The notes under the pieces: model-generated
Seen by the model: the letters and a program-made list of their open reading frames with translations, nothing else
Database searches by the model: none
What the model was told of the DNA's origin: nothing
From: a virus
Lineage: Duplodnaviria; Caudoviricetes
Direction: 5' to 3' (one strand)
IMG/VR virus record: IMGVR_UViG_3300028048_000085
Span: 54,851-118,850 of that record
DNA length: 64,000 nt
Made by a program: the position numbers and the translations under genes
Shown: positions 1 to 10,209 of the stretch, in pieces
Numbering within the stretch: position 1 is the stretch's first letter
Layout of the letters: the number at the start of each line of letters is the position of its first letter

Positions 1-666
1 ATAGCAATAGGAAGGATAATAGATATAATGTTCATCTATCAGATGGAACTGTCGTGAATAATTTGGAATGGTCAACATATAGTGAAAACTCAATTGCTTG
101 TAGAGAAGTAACTAATACATTCCAGTCATATGTATTATCTGAGCAAGATGTTCATACAATTCGTCAGATGTATCTGGATGGTCATACATATGCAGTTATC
201 AATGCACAATTTCCTAATGTTACCGTAAATACTATTCAAAATATATGTAGAAATAAATCTCATGTAGATCCAAACTATTATCCAGATAGAAAAAAGAATG
301 CATTTAATTATAATATCGATAACACGTTGAAGTTATCTGATCGTGATGCAGATATTATAAGAAAGCTCAACGCAGATGGTAAGTCTTATAGAGAAATTCA
401 ATCAAATTATTTCCCAAATGTCTCCATAGGAACTATTGGAAATATTTGTAATTATAAGACCCATGATACAAGAAGCCATCATAATGCATTCTTAGATTCT
501 ATCTAATATGTATTCATATGCCTGAGGTTAGGGCCTGTAATCATATATAACCTATGGTTACAGGTAGGGCATTTGGGAAGGTAAGTCCCTTTAATCCGAA
601 ATGGTAGACATTAAGTAAGCTAATGAAGATATAGTCTAGTCTTTAGTGAAATACTAAAGTAAATCG
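1..666 (+). mobile_element. Group I intron (3' part) interrupting an RNA polymerase beta' gene
   Basis: GAAGATATAGTCTAG (~625-640) matches the conserved S/P7 element, followed by a P9 hairpin CTTTAGT-GAAAT-ACTAAAG and a terminal G at 666; downstream sequence resumes the beta' frame (NYGSILQM). Confidence 0.8.
3..506 (+). CDS. Intron-encoded HNH homing endonuclease, 5'-truncated by window edge
   Basis: Frame is open from nt 3: SNRKDNR...NNLEWSTYSEN (HNH tail), then two HTH-like repeats (LSEQDVHTIR..TIQNIC / LSDRDADIIR..TIGNIC); lies within the group I intron. Confidence 0.8.
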   Translation, partial: SNRKDNRYNVHLSDGTVVNNLEWSTYSENSIACREVTNTFQSYVLSEQDVHTIRQMYLDGHTYAVINAQFPNVTVNTIQNICRNKSHVDPNYYPDRKKNAFNYNIDNTLKLSDRDADIIRKLNADGKSYREIQSNYFPNVSIGTIGNICNYKTHDTRSHHNAFLDSI

Positions 667-1030
667 CAATTATGGATCAATTTTGCAGATGTGGTGTGTA
701 GGTTATACAGACACACTAACAATGTCTGTACCATTACAGGCAATTAAGTCAATGGGTGCAGACTTTGACGGAGATGTATTAAATATCTTCCATATTATTA
801 ACCAGACATTCTTAGAGAGAACAAATAGAATCTTTAATCCAAGGAATGCTATGTATATCTCTCGTATTGATGGTAAACTCAATAGTGATCTAGTTGTTTC
901 AAGAGATACAATTATCTGTGCACAGACACTATTATCTCTTGGTCGTAACAACTACACTAAGAAGAATCTGGATAAAATTAAACGTATTAAAGAGAAGCAG
1001 AAGCAGTACTTCATGCAGACTAATGTGTAA
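667..1030 (+). CDS. Phage multisubunit RNA polymerase beta'-like subunit, last exon with catalytic motif
   Basis: C|AAT TAT GGA TCA ATT TTG CAG ATG... encodes NYGSILQMWCVG...MGADFDGDVLN, the DxDGD Mg-binding motif. Confidence 0.9.
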
Positions 1031-1077
1031 TATGAAAGATAGATAATTGTTATTACTAGAAAAGAGAGGATGAGATT

Positions 1078-1869
1078 ATGTTAAACAATAATAATGTGTC
1101 TACTGGTGGACGTAATATGTTACCAGCTTTCATTATTAATAGTGAAGGAACAAATATTGCAAGGCCGACAATAGCATCATTAGAAGATGCTGATAAGTTT
1201 GTAAGTGAACGTATTGGTACAGATGGTACATTTAGTTGTTATCTGGGAGAAGAGATTCTCATTAGGGATGGTGCATATAATGATATATGGCAGGTTGTTG
1301 GGGTAGATACCGAGCTGGGCAAAGGTGACACACCATTAATTAAACACCATATTACATTAGTACCAAAGGCAATTATTGATGTCAGTAAGATTCATAGTAG
1401 CAATGTTGATTGTCATGGTTATGCTAATAGTGATATGATGTATGCTAAAACAATACCTAACATTGTTACTCATCTTGAGAAGGTGTTAGGTGATCATCTA
1501 TTAGAACGTAGAGTTAAGTTATCTAATGCTACATCTGATAATACATCACCTAATGCTTACATATCATCTGATAATGGGTACTATAGCGTGAAGGCTAACC
1601 TGTTATGTCAGATGCAGGTATTTGGTACAGTAGATAGTTCAAATAGTAATGAATATGATACCGGAGATGATACTGAACAGTTACCTGGCTTTAAGTATGG
1701 CGAAGTTGATAAAGGCATTGATAATTGGTATTGGCTGCGAGACGTCTACGGATACGTTAGCAGCGGCAGCTACTACGGTTTCAGCGGTGTCAATACTGAT
1801 GGGTCTCTCGACTACACCAACGTCAACGCCAGCACCGGCGGCGTTCGCCCACTTATTACCATTGGATAA
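1078..1869 (+). CDS. CLec-fold (DUF6273-like) protein, probable DGR target
   Basis: C-terminal WYWLRD...GGVRPLITI signature; last ~40 codons GC-rich and NNC-biased. Confidence 0.7.
   Translation: MLNNNNVSTGGRNMLPAFIINSEGTNIARPTIASLEDADKFVSERIGTDGTFSCYLGEEILIRDGAYNDIWQVVGVDTELGKGDTPLIKHHITLVPKAIIDVSKIHSSNVDCHGYANSDMMYAKTIPNIVTHLEKVLGDHLLERRVKLSNATSDNTSPNAYISSDNGYYSVKANLLCQMQVFGTVDSSNSNEYDTGDDTEQLPGFKYGEVDKGIDNWYWLRDVYGYVSSGSYYGFSGVNTDGSLDYTNVNASTGGVRPLITIG
1732..1851 (+). repeat. Putative DGR variable region (VR)
   Basis: 26 of 40 codons end in C (TAC, AGC, GGC, GTC, GAC, ACC, AAC, GCC) in an AT-rich genome, as expected from A-mutagenised AAC codons; ends in GGCGGCGTTCGCCC. No template repeat seen in the window. 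Confidence 0.65.
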
Positions 1870-1920
1870 CAGATTGGTGTTATTGCTTAAATATTTTATT
1901 GGTTGATATCAATTAATAAG

Positions 1921-1951
1921 AGAGGAGGGATTATTCGTCCCTCTTCTTTTT
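1921..1951 (+). terminator. Intrinsic terminator
   Basis: AGAGGAGGGA-TTATTCG-TCCCTCTTCT followed by T-run. Confidence 0.75.
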
Positions 1952-1980
1952 ATATTAATTGAAATTAGGAGGTATATTAT

Positions 1981-2559
1981 ATGGTAAGTATAAATGATGT
2001 TATGATTCATGATTATATGAATTCACCAAAAGTTGAATTTTGTAACTATAGAACACTGCCAAGAAAGGATATTAGAGATGACATAATATATGCAGTCTTC
2101 AATCTATTTGAATTGGAAGTGGATTTTTATATTTATTATTGTCATGAATTGGTGTGGATCAACTGTCTATTGCGAGATGACATGATCTACAAAGATGCAC
2201 ACAATGGAAATTTAGTTAGTTTGGAGAGATATAAGCTGGCAGCAAGAGCATTAAAATCTCTTGATTTGAAAGATAGTGAATATCCACTGATATTCAAACA
2301 TATGATCAATGATACGATTGATACATCTATTGATTTTGATATGTTGAGGATTAATAATAATATTTTTGCAATGCGATCAGATATACCAAAAGCATATTAT
2401 TCTTCTAAGAAGTTCTTAGAGGAGAATAATATTACTGTTGATAAGCAATACGTTAGTTTAGAAGATGTACTACATAGAGAATTATTTTCTGAAGAAGAAT
2501 TATTAAAATTTAGAGCGTGGGTTATATATGGACACCAGCTATCTATATGGAAGTTTTAA
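1981..2559 (+). CDS. Hypothetical protein
   Basis: 192-aa ORF with AGGAGG RBS. Confidence 0.7.
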   Translation: MVSINDVMIHDYMNSPKVEFCNYRTLPRKDIRDDIIYAVFNLFELEVDFYIYYCHELVWINCLLRDDMIYKDAHNGNLVSLERYKLAARALKSLDLKDSEYPLIFKHMINDTIDTSIDFDMLRINNNIFAMRSDIPKAYYSSKKFLEENNITVDKQYVSLEDVLHRELFSEEELLKFRAWVIYGHQLSIWKF

Positions 2560-2598
2560 TATCTCACAAGATGATAGTGGATGGGATGGTGAATAACT

Positions 2599-2919
2599 AT
2601 GAAACCAATTAAAATTATAGGAATAGATGAGCGTGCACAAAAAACGTTATATGATGCAGCCGTAATACTGAACACAAATGCACAGGAATGTATGGAAAAG
2701 GTATGTAATGTTATCGATGATGTGGCTGCAACAATTGAAAAACAACTCGAATTGTTAGATGTGGATCTTCCAGACTTAGAGTTACCAAGATCTCCGGAAG
2801 AGATTAAAAAAGATATTAAGCATGAGAAAAATCCTATGAGATTGAAGCAGCTTAATAAGGAATTGAATGAGTCATATAAAGTATATAATAAAAGGAGGAA
2901 ATATGAAAACAAAATTTAA
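2599..2919 (+). CDS. Hypothetical coiled-coil protein
   Basis: 106-aa ORF overlapping the next gene's RBS. Confidence 0.65.
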   Translation: MKPIKIIGIDERAQKTLYDAAVILNTNAQECMEKVCNVIDDVAATIEKQLELLDVDLPDLELPRSPEEIKKDIKHEKNPMRLKQLNKELNESYKVYNKRRKYENKI

Positions 2920-3520
2920 CAGAATTATTGATGATTGGAAGACAGTAAAAAATCATTGTCGGACAACAGTAGGGAAAGAATTTACAGAGAAAGAACCAAC
3001 TAAGAAATTTATTAAGGCAATGCTCATTGCAGAGCATTCTCCGATCCGGCTTATTGAATTCGATTGGTCATGGCAGAACATTAGATACTGGGTATCTACT
3101 GAATGGAGCAGGCATAAGTTCGAGAAGTTCATCTCTAGCCAGAGAAACGATCGTCAAGATAAGTATGATCGGAATAAGGCTCCTCAAGATGCTAAGGTAA
3201 CATTTGATGGTTATGCTAATATGCAGAACCTGATTGATACTTTCAGAAAAAGACTATGTTTGCAAGCTGCAGGTAAAGCAAGGCGGTTGGGAGAAGATTT
3301 TAAAATTAAACTCTCTGAGACTAATCCTCTGGAGGCTGCTGTCTTAGTTCCTAACTGCATCTATAGAGCAGGTTGCCCTGAATTCGGCAACTGCCAATAC
3401 TGGAACTGTTTTGTTGATTGGTGCAAGAAGAATGGAAAGAATATCGATACAATCCAGAGTAGGTATGATGCTTATAACGAGTACTTTCGATGGACAAAAC
3501 GGAAACTGAAGTTCCATTAA
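2903..3520 (+). CDS. thyX: Flavin-dependent thymidylate synthase
   Basis: EHSPIR...VSTEWSRHKFEKFISSQRND (RH-x-S-x-R ThyX motif), RLC, PNCIYRAGCPE; start moved to ATG 2903 after AGGAGG. Confidence 0.8.
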   Translation: MKTKFNRIIDDWKTVKNHCRTTVGKEFTEKEPTKKFIKAMLIAEHSPIRLIEFDWSWQNIRYWVSTEWSRHKFEKFISSQRNDRQDKYDRNKAPQDAKVTFDGYANMQNLIDTFRKRLCLQAAGKARRLGEDFKIKLSETNPLEAAVLVPNCIYRAGCPEFGNCQYWNCFVDWCKKNGKNIDTIQSRYDAYNEYFRWTKRKLKFH

Positions 3521-3841
3521 TGTGTAGGAGGTAAGATAAGAATGAGTGAACAGGAAGTCGAAATCTATGAGGCTGAACATCAACCACAATTAGAGGAATT
3601 GTGGTTACAGTTATATGGAAATTTTAATGGTTTGCAAGATGATGAGGATGAGTAAACAATGAAAGAATTGAATATAATTGATGAAAGCGTGATTCCTATT
3701 TCAGATAGAATGACCAATGAAGATGTGGTTGAAAAAAATCTTTGGCAAAGATATTTGTTACACTTTAATTAGCGTGGTGTATATATCTCGTTGTGAGAAA
3801 TTGGCGAAATGGTGGAACGCACCATATAAGGGGGTGATTGA

Positions 3842-4174
3842 ATGACTAGGGATATGGATACAATTAAAATGAGTTATGAAGAAATGATAGATACACTTAA
3901 AGGTTTGGTATTTGGAACATTTGATAGAACAACTGCCAAGGAGCGAGAAGCACTTGGCATGGCAATCAAGGCACTGCAAACAGAGCCATCAGCAGGTGTA
4001 ATTCTGATTCCGGAGGGAGCAACCAACGGCGATATGATTAAAGTTATATTTCCTAATGTAGAATGTGGAAAAGATGAATTAGGGAATGTGTTTATCATAT
4101 CGAGTGCACAGTTAGGTTATATTGCGTTTAGAGAAAGTTGGTGGAACGCGCCATATAAGAAAGGAATGGAATAA
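3842..4174 (+). CDS. Small phage accessory protein (ATNGDMIK...WWNAPY family)
   Basis: ORF with RBS; the WWNAPYK-coding DNA is also present at ~3810. Confidence 0.65.
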   Translation: MTRDMDTIKMSYEEMIDTLKGLVFGTFDRTTAKEREALGMAIKALQTEPSAGVILIPEGATNGDMIKVIFPNVECGKDELGNVFIISSAQLGYIAFRESWWNAPYKKGME

Positions 4175-4353
4175 TGGGAGATGAGAGATTGAAAAATATT
4201 GAGTTATTGAGTGAATTAAGATCTCAATATAGTTGTTTTGATGAAAAAGAAGAACCATATTATCGAGCCTTGTCAGTAGGTATTGCAGCTATCAGAGAAC
4301 AGATATCTGCTAATAATGAAGAGCAGGCTCGTGAAGAAAGCGAGGAATAAAGA

Positions 4354-4653
4354 ATGGTAGGAATCGAAGGGATGAAAATGCCGGGCGACTGTATCAGTTG
4401 CCCTTTCTTAAAAGCCGATGGTACAAGATTCTTTTGTAGTCGAATAATGAAGTATATAGATAAAAATGATCTCGAAAGTAAACATAATGAATGCCCTCTA
4501 GTAGATATCGTTACTTGTAAGTATTGCAAACATTGGAAGGACAGTGATGGAGTATATCGCAGAGGTATTGGTGCTGAAAGCAAATGTCCGTTAAATACCA
4601 AAGAAGTATTTAAAGGAAACTTTTATTGTCCAATTGGTGAAAGGAGAAAATAA
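4354..4653 (+). CDS. Small Cys-rich phage protein
   Basis: CISCPF, ECPL, CKYCKHW, FYCP motifs. Confidence 0.65.
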   Translation: MVGIEGMKMPGDCISCPFLKADGTRFFCSRIMKYIDKNDLESKHNECPLVDIVTCKYCKHWKDSDGVYRRGIGAESKCPLNTKEVFKGNFYCPIGERRK

Positions 4654-4906
4654 AAATGGATTATATTGAATACTTATGGAGAGTATATGATAAATTAAAA
4701 ATTGATTACTATTGTGGTCGGATAGACAAATATCCACCATTTCCTATATGGAGTAGATAGGGAAGCAAAAGGAGGTATACTGATGGAGGATGAAAAAGAA
4801 GAACCATATTATCAAGCTGTGTCAACAGCTATTGCAGCTATCAGAGAACAAATATGTGCTAATAATGGAGCACAGATTGTTTATTTGATGGTAGTGGAGG
4901 AAGACA

Positions 4907-5176
4907 ATGATGTTTGATAAAGATTTATTTCTTTCTATATGTGAGAAATACGATGTAGAACTTAGTCAAACTGCGGATAGTCCTATGCTTAAGGAGGACG
5001 GGGGAAGAATGACAGATAAAGAGAAACAAATCAATTTGCAAGTGATTGATATAAGAGCAAACTTGCATAATATTATGAAAGATATTGAGCCAAAAGAATT
5101 ATATGATAAATTGGTTGATATTGATAATCAGATATATAAGATAAGAGAGATTCTGATGCAGAGTGAGGTAGAATAA
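4907..5176 (+). CDS. Hypothetical protein
   Basis: ORF with GGAGG RBS; stop/start overlap with next gene. Confidence 0.55.
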   Translation: MMFDKDLFLSICEKYDVELSQTADSPMLKEDGGRMTDKEKQINLQVIDIRANLHNIMKDIEPKELYDKLVDIDNQIYKIREILMQSEVE

Positions 5177-5805
5177 TGACAAGAGAAGGATTAATAAATT
5201 ATGGAGAAATGTTCCTTGAAGTGAACAATGATTCGAAAAATAGTAACACATATGAATTTATTGAAGAGGCACTCAAATTATTCAAACAGGATTCTGTTCT
5301 CGTTAAGATAAAATCCGAGATAAAAGAATGGTATTGGCAAGCTGATAAACAAGCATTAGCAGGAGACCCTTGCGTGGTTGATGGTATGATTGACTTGTTT
5401 ATCCGAACTATCAACAAGTATGAGAAAGGAACCCCGATTAAACACTGTGAAAAAGCAGTGAGTGTGCAAGATTGCATCAATGCTATTGAAAATACAGATT
5501 GTGAATTATCTCCACAAGCATGGAAAGAAATTACAACCAGTATAATGTCTTTACCACCTGCAATACCCACACGCAAGAAAGGTAAGTGGATAAAAATAGG
5601 TGATAGAGGTTTTGGTGTATCTGACACTGTGATTTGTAAATGCTCTGAATGTGAATATAAAACAGAATTTAGGGGAAAATTTGATGGACATGATCTTGTT
5701 ATAGATCCGAAGCACGCTCATAAATATTGCCCTAGTTGTGGATTAGAGATGGAGAATGCAGAACGAAATATATTTGGCAAATATAAGGAAATGGAGGTTG
5801 ATTAA
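5176..5805 (+). CDS. Phage protein with C-terminal Zn-ribbon
   Basis: KKGKWI...CKCSEC...YCPSCG motif. Confidence 0.65.
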   Translation: MTREGLINYGEMFLEVNNDSKNSNTYEFIEEALKLFKQDSVLVKIKSEIKEWYWQADKQALAGDPCVVDGMIDLFIRTINKYEKGTPIKHCEKAVSVQDCINAIENTDCELSPQAWKEITTSIMSLPPAIPTRKKGKWIKIGDRGFGVSDTVICKCSECEYKTEFRGKFDGHDLVIDPKHAHKYCPSCGLEMENAERNIFGKYKEMEVD

Positions 5806-5806
5806 T

Positions 5807-6526
5807 ATGGCTTTTAAATTTACAGAGGAGTCCCACATGCTTAATCAAGAAGAGATTGATAAGCTGTCTATCGATGATCAGCTTAGACATATTATGATAA
5901 ACACTGGAAGCATATTATTAAGCACACGTATTGCTTATATATCTTGCTGGGAAGCTATGCGCAAATCAATCGACAAGTACATATCTCTACGTCCCAAAAT
6001 AAATCAGCTATGCACAGATTTTGCAAATCTTTCAACAGAAGAGGTTATATCAAATCTGGCGGATAAAGAAGATTATGATGGTTGTAAAGAAACTGTAAAG
6101 AGTCTCCAGAATATTATTGATAGATGTAAAGAGTTCATGGATGATTTGGAACAGAATATGGGAAAGTATGTAGAGTTTACTGATCCAGAATATTATGTAT
6201 TGATTGATAAAGTAACTATCTTTCTCAATACACAGAAAACATTTAGGGCCTATAGCAACAATATCGATGATATCAAAGATATAATTTTATCAAAATGGTT
6301 TGACAGGATAGATTCAATTATTGATTCTATATTAGATGAATCTGCAGATAGTAATTATAAAGAATTATTATTCACATATGAGCCCGATATCAAAGCAGAC
6401 ATTGAGAAATTACGGGATGATATTGAGGCAAAGATAGCAGAAGATGAAGAGCTTAATCCTGAGTTAAAGATGTCATCTTTGGTGCTCAAAACTATTAACA
6501 ATTCAGCTAGGAGGTTAATTCTATGA
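5807..6526 (+). CDS. Hypothetical helical protein
   Basis: Start moved to ATG 5807 after GGAGG. Confidence 0.7.
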   Translation: MAFKFTEESHMLNQEEIDKLSIDDQLRHIMINTGSILLSTRIAYISCWEAMRKSIDKYISLRPKINQLCTDFANLSTEEVISNLADKEDYDGCKETVKSLQNIIDRCKEFMDDLEQNMGKYVEFTDPEYYVLIDKVTIFLNTQKTFRAYSNNIDDIKDIILSKWFDRIDSIIDSILDESADSNYKELLFTYEPDIKADIEKLRDDIEAKIAEDEELNPELKMSSLVLKTINNSARRLIL

Positions 6527-7458
6527 CAGGAACACAGGTTATTACTACGGTTAAAAGAGACGATATTCCAGAATATTTTTCTAATATTTCACAGTACTTA
6601 TTCTCAGTTTATGATCCAGATATGCGTATTAAGATGCGTAAGTATAATATTATCAACGATAATCTGGTATCTGCTACAACATATTATCTCAAGTTATCTG
6701 ATGATTTGAACTCTATCATTGTTAGTGCAAAAGCACCTAATACAGAAGAGAATAATGCTGGTTATAGACACAACGATTTAGACGTTACATATAACTCTAA
6801 GATTGTTGCTATAGATGCTACAGATGTGAATAATAATATGATAGTTCCACCTACATATTATACATGTAACCATAAATTATCAATGAAGATTTTTATACCA
6901 ATCACTTTTGGAAAATCTAGTGGCGCACAAAATCTGAAGCTTTCACTGAATAGTGTATTTTCTACATCAGTGTCTGATACTATTGAACGAGTGAAGTCAG
7001 AGTTCTCCGGTAATATTAAATATGGACAATGGGATTTACATCCTGATAAGACATATAGTCTGTATATACTGCTTCCTAATTCTAAGACAGTACCAGTTGT
7101 ACGATTAACAGATGATGAAGTACGATTAGAAGATCTGATCAATCCGGAATATGATGATGATCATGTATTATACAGCAATTATCTGGAAGAATATGAGGTA
7201 TCTCAGGAGAAGACAAGAGTTGTTCCCGCAAGAGCAGTTACCAATATAACATTCGATGCAAAGAATCGTATGCAGAATGAGTTGAATGTCAAGTATGATA
7301 ATATGCTCAAAATGTTAGAGAAGCAGCAGAAGCAGATGGTAACTACGGATAAGGAATCTATTGATGTCAAAGTTGATCTCTCAAAGAAAAATGGAAATGG
7401 TCAGACTATTGCATTAGAACCAGGAGCAGTTATCATGCCAGGTGATAAGTTTTGTTAA
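6523..7458 (+). CDS. Hypothetical protein
   Basis: 311-aa ORF, ATGA overlap with the upstream gene. Confidence 0.7.
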   Translation: MTGTQVITTVKRDDIPEYFSNISQYLFSVYDPDMRIKMRKYNIINDNLVSATTYYLKLSDDLNSIIVSAKAPNTEENNAGYRHNDLDVTYNSKIVAIDATDVNNNMIVPPTYYTCNHKLSMKIFIPITFGKSSGAQNLKLSLNSVFSTSVSDTIERVKSEFSGNIKYGQWDLHPDKTYSLYILLPNSKTVPVVRLTDDEVRLEDLINPEYDDDHVLYSNYLEEYEVSQEKTRVVPARAVTNITFDAKNRMQNELNVKYDNMLKMLEKQQKQMVTTDKESIDVKVDLSKKNGNGQTIALEPGAVIMPGDKFC

Positions 7459-7468
7459 GGAGTAAATA

Positions 7469-8140
7469 ATGTACGAATATGAGCAGTTCTATAACCCATA
7501 TACATTAAACATATTTTCTGATGCTTCGATGTTAAATGAGAAGCATCAGAGTATTGGTGGATGTTATGGAGCAATTGCTGTTACTGAAGATCGTGTAATA
7601 GAATCTGTATATAAATTTGCAAAAGGTGCTACAAATAACAATTGTGAGATAAAAGGTTTAAGATCCGCTTTACGTTTAGCAAATCGTTATAAGAATAATT
7701 TCAGAGTCATTAATATATTTAGTGACTCTGATATATCTATATCGGGTTTAACAACGTATATCCACAGTTGGAAATATGTGGCAGAAGAGCAGATGTTATA
7801 TACTAAGACAACAAATAAACCCGCTGCTAATCAGGAAGTATTTATTGAAGCTTTTCATCTATTGGACCATATGATCAAATCTGGATATAATATTAATATC
7901 TATCATATAAAGGGTCATACGGACAACTCACCTAATAGTATACAGAAGGCAACAATAACATTTTGCAAGCTGAACAATATACCTAGAGGTGTTAAAGTTG
8001 ATATTAATCTGATTGCTTATCTTTGTACTTACAATAACTTGGTAGACTATCGATCTAGGGCATTACTAGCAGCTGTTGATTTCAATACACAGAATTATCA
8101 AGATCCAATATCATTTTTTGCAACTAGTAGCATTGATTAA
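7469..8140 (+). CDS. rnhA: Ribonuclease H (RNase HI-like)
   Basis: IFSDAS, TNNNCEIKG, IFSDS, HIKGH, NNLVD: complete D-E-D-(H)-D set. Confidence 0.88.
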   Translation: MYEYEQFYNPYTLNIFSDASMLNEKHQSIGGCYGAIAVTEDRVIESVYKFAKGATNNNCEIKGLRSALRLANRYKNNFRVINIFSDSDISISGLTTYIHSWKYVAEEQMLYTKTTNKPAANQEVFIEAFHLLDHMIKSGYNINIYHIKGHTDNSPNSIQKATITFCKLNNIPRGVKVDINLIAYLCTYNNLVDYRSRALLAAVDFNTQNYQDPISFFATSSID

Positions 8141-8150
8141 TTTTCAAATT

Positions 8151-8170
8151 AATCATATACTATATACTTG
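8151..8170 (+). promoter_or_regulatory. Early-type phage promoter motif (representative copy)
   Basis: AATCATATACTATATACTTG; related copies at 11041, 26181, 32061, 32453, 33381, 38864, 41085, 44149, 46729, 48349, 54276, all intergenic and upstream of + strand genes. Confidence 0.8.
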
Positions 8171-8201
8171 ATACAATGGTTAATACTTAAGGAGGTTATT
8201 T

Positions 8202-9119
8202 ATGAACAATATTAATTACTTAGAGCAGATTGCTCCAATCACGTACAATGTCAATGCTGATGGCAAACCTGTTAAGACACGTGAACACAATGAATTATTT
8301 ACAACTGGGTACGATCTTGATGTATTAGGACACGAGGAGAGATCCACTATCTATGACGAAATAATATCAAGAGGACTTGGATCCGCTTCTCTGAATTCGT
8401 TTCGTCAAGGTGTTGAGTATGATTCTAAACGTAATAAGTTATTTCAGATTCGAGAATATGTAGCACTTAATGTGACTGATCTGGTAAACTATAAGATGAT
8501 TCAGTTCATGCAGGATGCTTTTGAGGTTCCTACAGGATTAACAGCTCAGGACTTAACTTATCTTCGCAATGCTGTTAACAAGTACTTTGATGAGATAATA
8601 TTTAGAGCGGCATACCCTGACCTTACGGCTGAGATTAATACAGATCCTAATAAGCCGGAAGTCTTACCAGAGATAGTTCGATTCGATTTGTTACTTGAAA
8701 GAGTCATTGATACCAGTGTTACGGATATCTTTGAGAATAGAATTCTCTTATATGTAAATTTTCCAAATCGACCAGATGGATATGCACAGATGTATGGTGA
8801 TAGTGATTTTAACACAGAGGTTCGTCATCTTATGTTATCTTATCCATTGGAAGAGGATATGATTAATGCAGTATTAGAGAATCCTTTAAACCGGTATACG
8901 TATATGACTGGAGTATTACGTGATATGGCTAGTTCATGTATTGTGGATTTATCTTATGCTTTTAAGCAGGTTGCTGCGACAGCAGCTAAGATGTTAGATC
9001 TTAACAATGTAAGCTATGCAGGCAACACGATCAAACATCAGCTTTCTGCTGGTAAAGATGCAGACTTATTGAAGCAGATTAAAGCAGATTATTTCACAGA
9101 AGATGATAAAAACGAGTAA
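8202..9119 (+). CDS. Hypothetical protein
   Basis: 305-aa ORF with RBS after the promoter motif. Confidence 0.75.
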   Translation: MNNINYLEQIAPITYNVNADGKPVKTREHNELFTTGYDLDVLGHEERSTIYDEIISRGLGSASLNSFRQGVEYDSKRNKLFQIREYVALNVTDLVNYKMIQFMQDAFEVPTGLTAQDLTYLRNAVNKYFDEIIFRAAYPDLTAEINTDPNKPEVLPEIVRFDLLLERVIDTSVTDIFENRILLYVNFPNRPDGYAQMYGDSDFNTEVRHLMLSYPLEEDMINAVLENPLNRYTYMTGVLRDMASSCIVDLSYAFKQVAATAAKMLDLNNVSYAGNTIKHQLSAGKDADLLKQIKADYFTEDDKNE

Positions 9120-9137
9120 AGAAAAGAGGTATAAACA

Positions 9138-10013
9138 ATGATAGGGTATATGGCATTTTACAAAGAGTTGACATATTGTGGTAAGCAGTATGAAGTAGGC
9201 AAGACGTACGAAATAGAAGGTGGGCCAACTCCATTCAAGCAAGGGTTTATATTTTATAAATCGATTTCAGATTGTTACTGCTGGAATGTAATGAGTGAGG
9301 TTGTACGAATTTGTAAAGTTGAAGTACTTGGGAATGTGGCCGATATGGTGGTAAATAATAATATCCAGTACAGTACAAATAAGATCAGGATTGTAGAAGA
9401 GGTATTGGAAGATTGGAAGAAGAAAGGTAATAGTGAACCAGATAATACTGGTTATAGGAATTGCGGTCATGGTAATTCCGGTACTGATAACTTCGGTAAT
9501 TTCAATACTGGACATAGTAATCATGGTGCTGGAAATACTGGTATGTGCAACATTGGCAATTTCAATGCTGGTAATTGTAACTCTGGTAATTACAATTCTG
9601 GCAATGGAAACAGTCTTGATTATAACTCGGGCGATTTCAATTCCGGTTATTGGAATTCCGGCACTGGAAACTTCGGTGTTTTTAATACAAATAAAAACAC
9701 AAAGATCAAAATGTTCGACAAAGAAAGTGATTGGACTATTGATGATTGGAAGGAATCAAAAGCATATGGAATAATGTTTGATTGTCCTTGTGCATATCTT
9801 GATTTTGTCCCAGCAAACAAAATGACTGAAGAAGAAAAACAAAGGCATCCTGAATACGAAACAGCTGGTGGATTTTATAAAGTATTCGAGGTCACAGTAG
9901 AAGAAAAACAGAAATGGTGGGACAAATTGTCAGAAGAAGACAAGCAGGAAATATTCAACTTGCCAAATTTTGACAAGGATAAATTTAAGGAATGCACAGA
10001 AATTGAGGTGTAA
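9138..10013 (+). CDS. Protein with G-x-x-N-x pentapeptide repeats
   Basis: N-terminal YKELTY..YEVGKTYE domain; repeats such as GNFNT/GNCNS/GNYNS; C-terminal LPNFDKDKFKECT. Confidence 0.75.
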   Translation: MIGYMAFYKELTYCGKQYEVGKTYEIEGGPTPFKQGFIFYKSISDCYCWNVMSEVVRICKVEVLGNVADMVVNNNIQYSTNKIRIVEEVLEDWKKKGNSEPDNTGYRNCGHGNSGTDNFGNFNTGHSNHGAGNTGMCNIGNFNAGNCNSGNYNSGNGNSLDYNSGDFNSGYWNSGTGNFGVFNTNKNTKIKMFDKESDWTIDDWKESKAYGIMFDCPCAYLDFVPANKMTEEEKQRHPEYETAGGFYKVFEVTVEEKQKWWDKLSEEDKQEIFNLPNFDKDKFKECTEIEV

Positions 10014-10209
10014 TAAGCATCTTGTGAGAAAGGAGGTGAGGTCAATTATATGATAGAAGATCCAAATCATTTTAAGAAAAATATCAAAGCAGATCTGGAA
10101 AAAGAAAGACTGGCATCAGAAGATCAAGATATAGATACACCTAAGACTTTTAAGGAGAAGGTAAAAGACTTCTTCTCAAAATTAAAATTACTCAAGGAGG
10201 ATTTCAAAC

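Noticed and set aside
9440-9690. Asn-rich repeat as the DGR template repeat
   Set aside because: It is a coding pentapeptide repeat with no similarity to the VR at 1732-1851.
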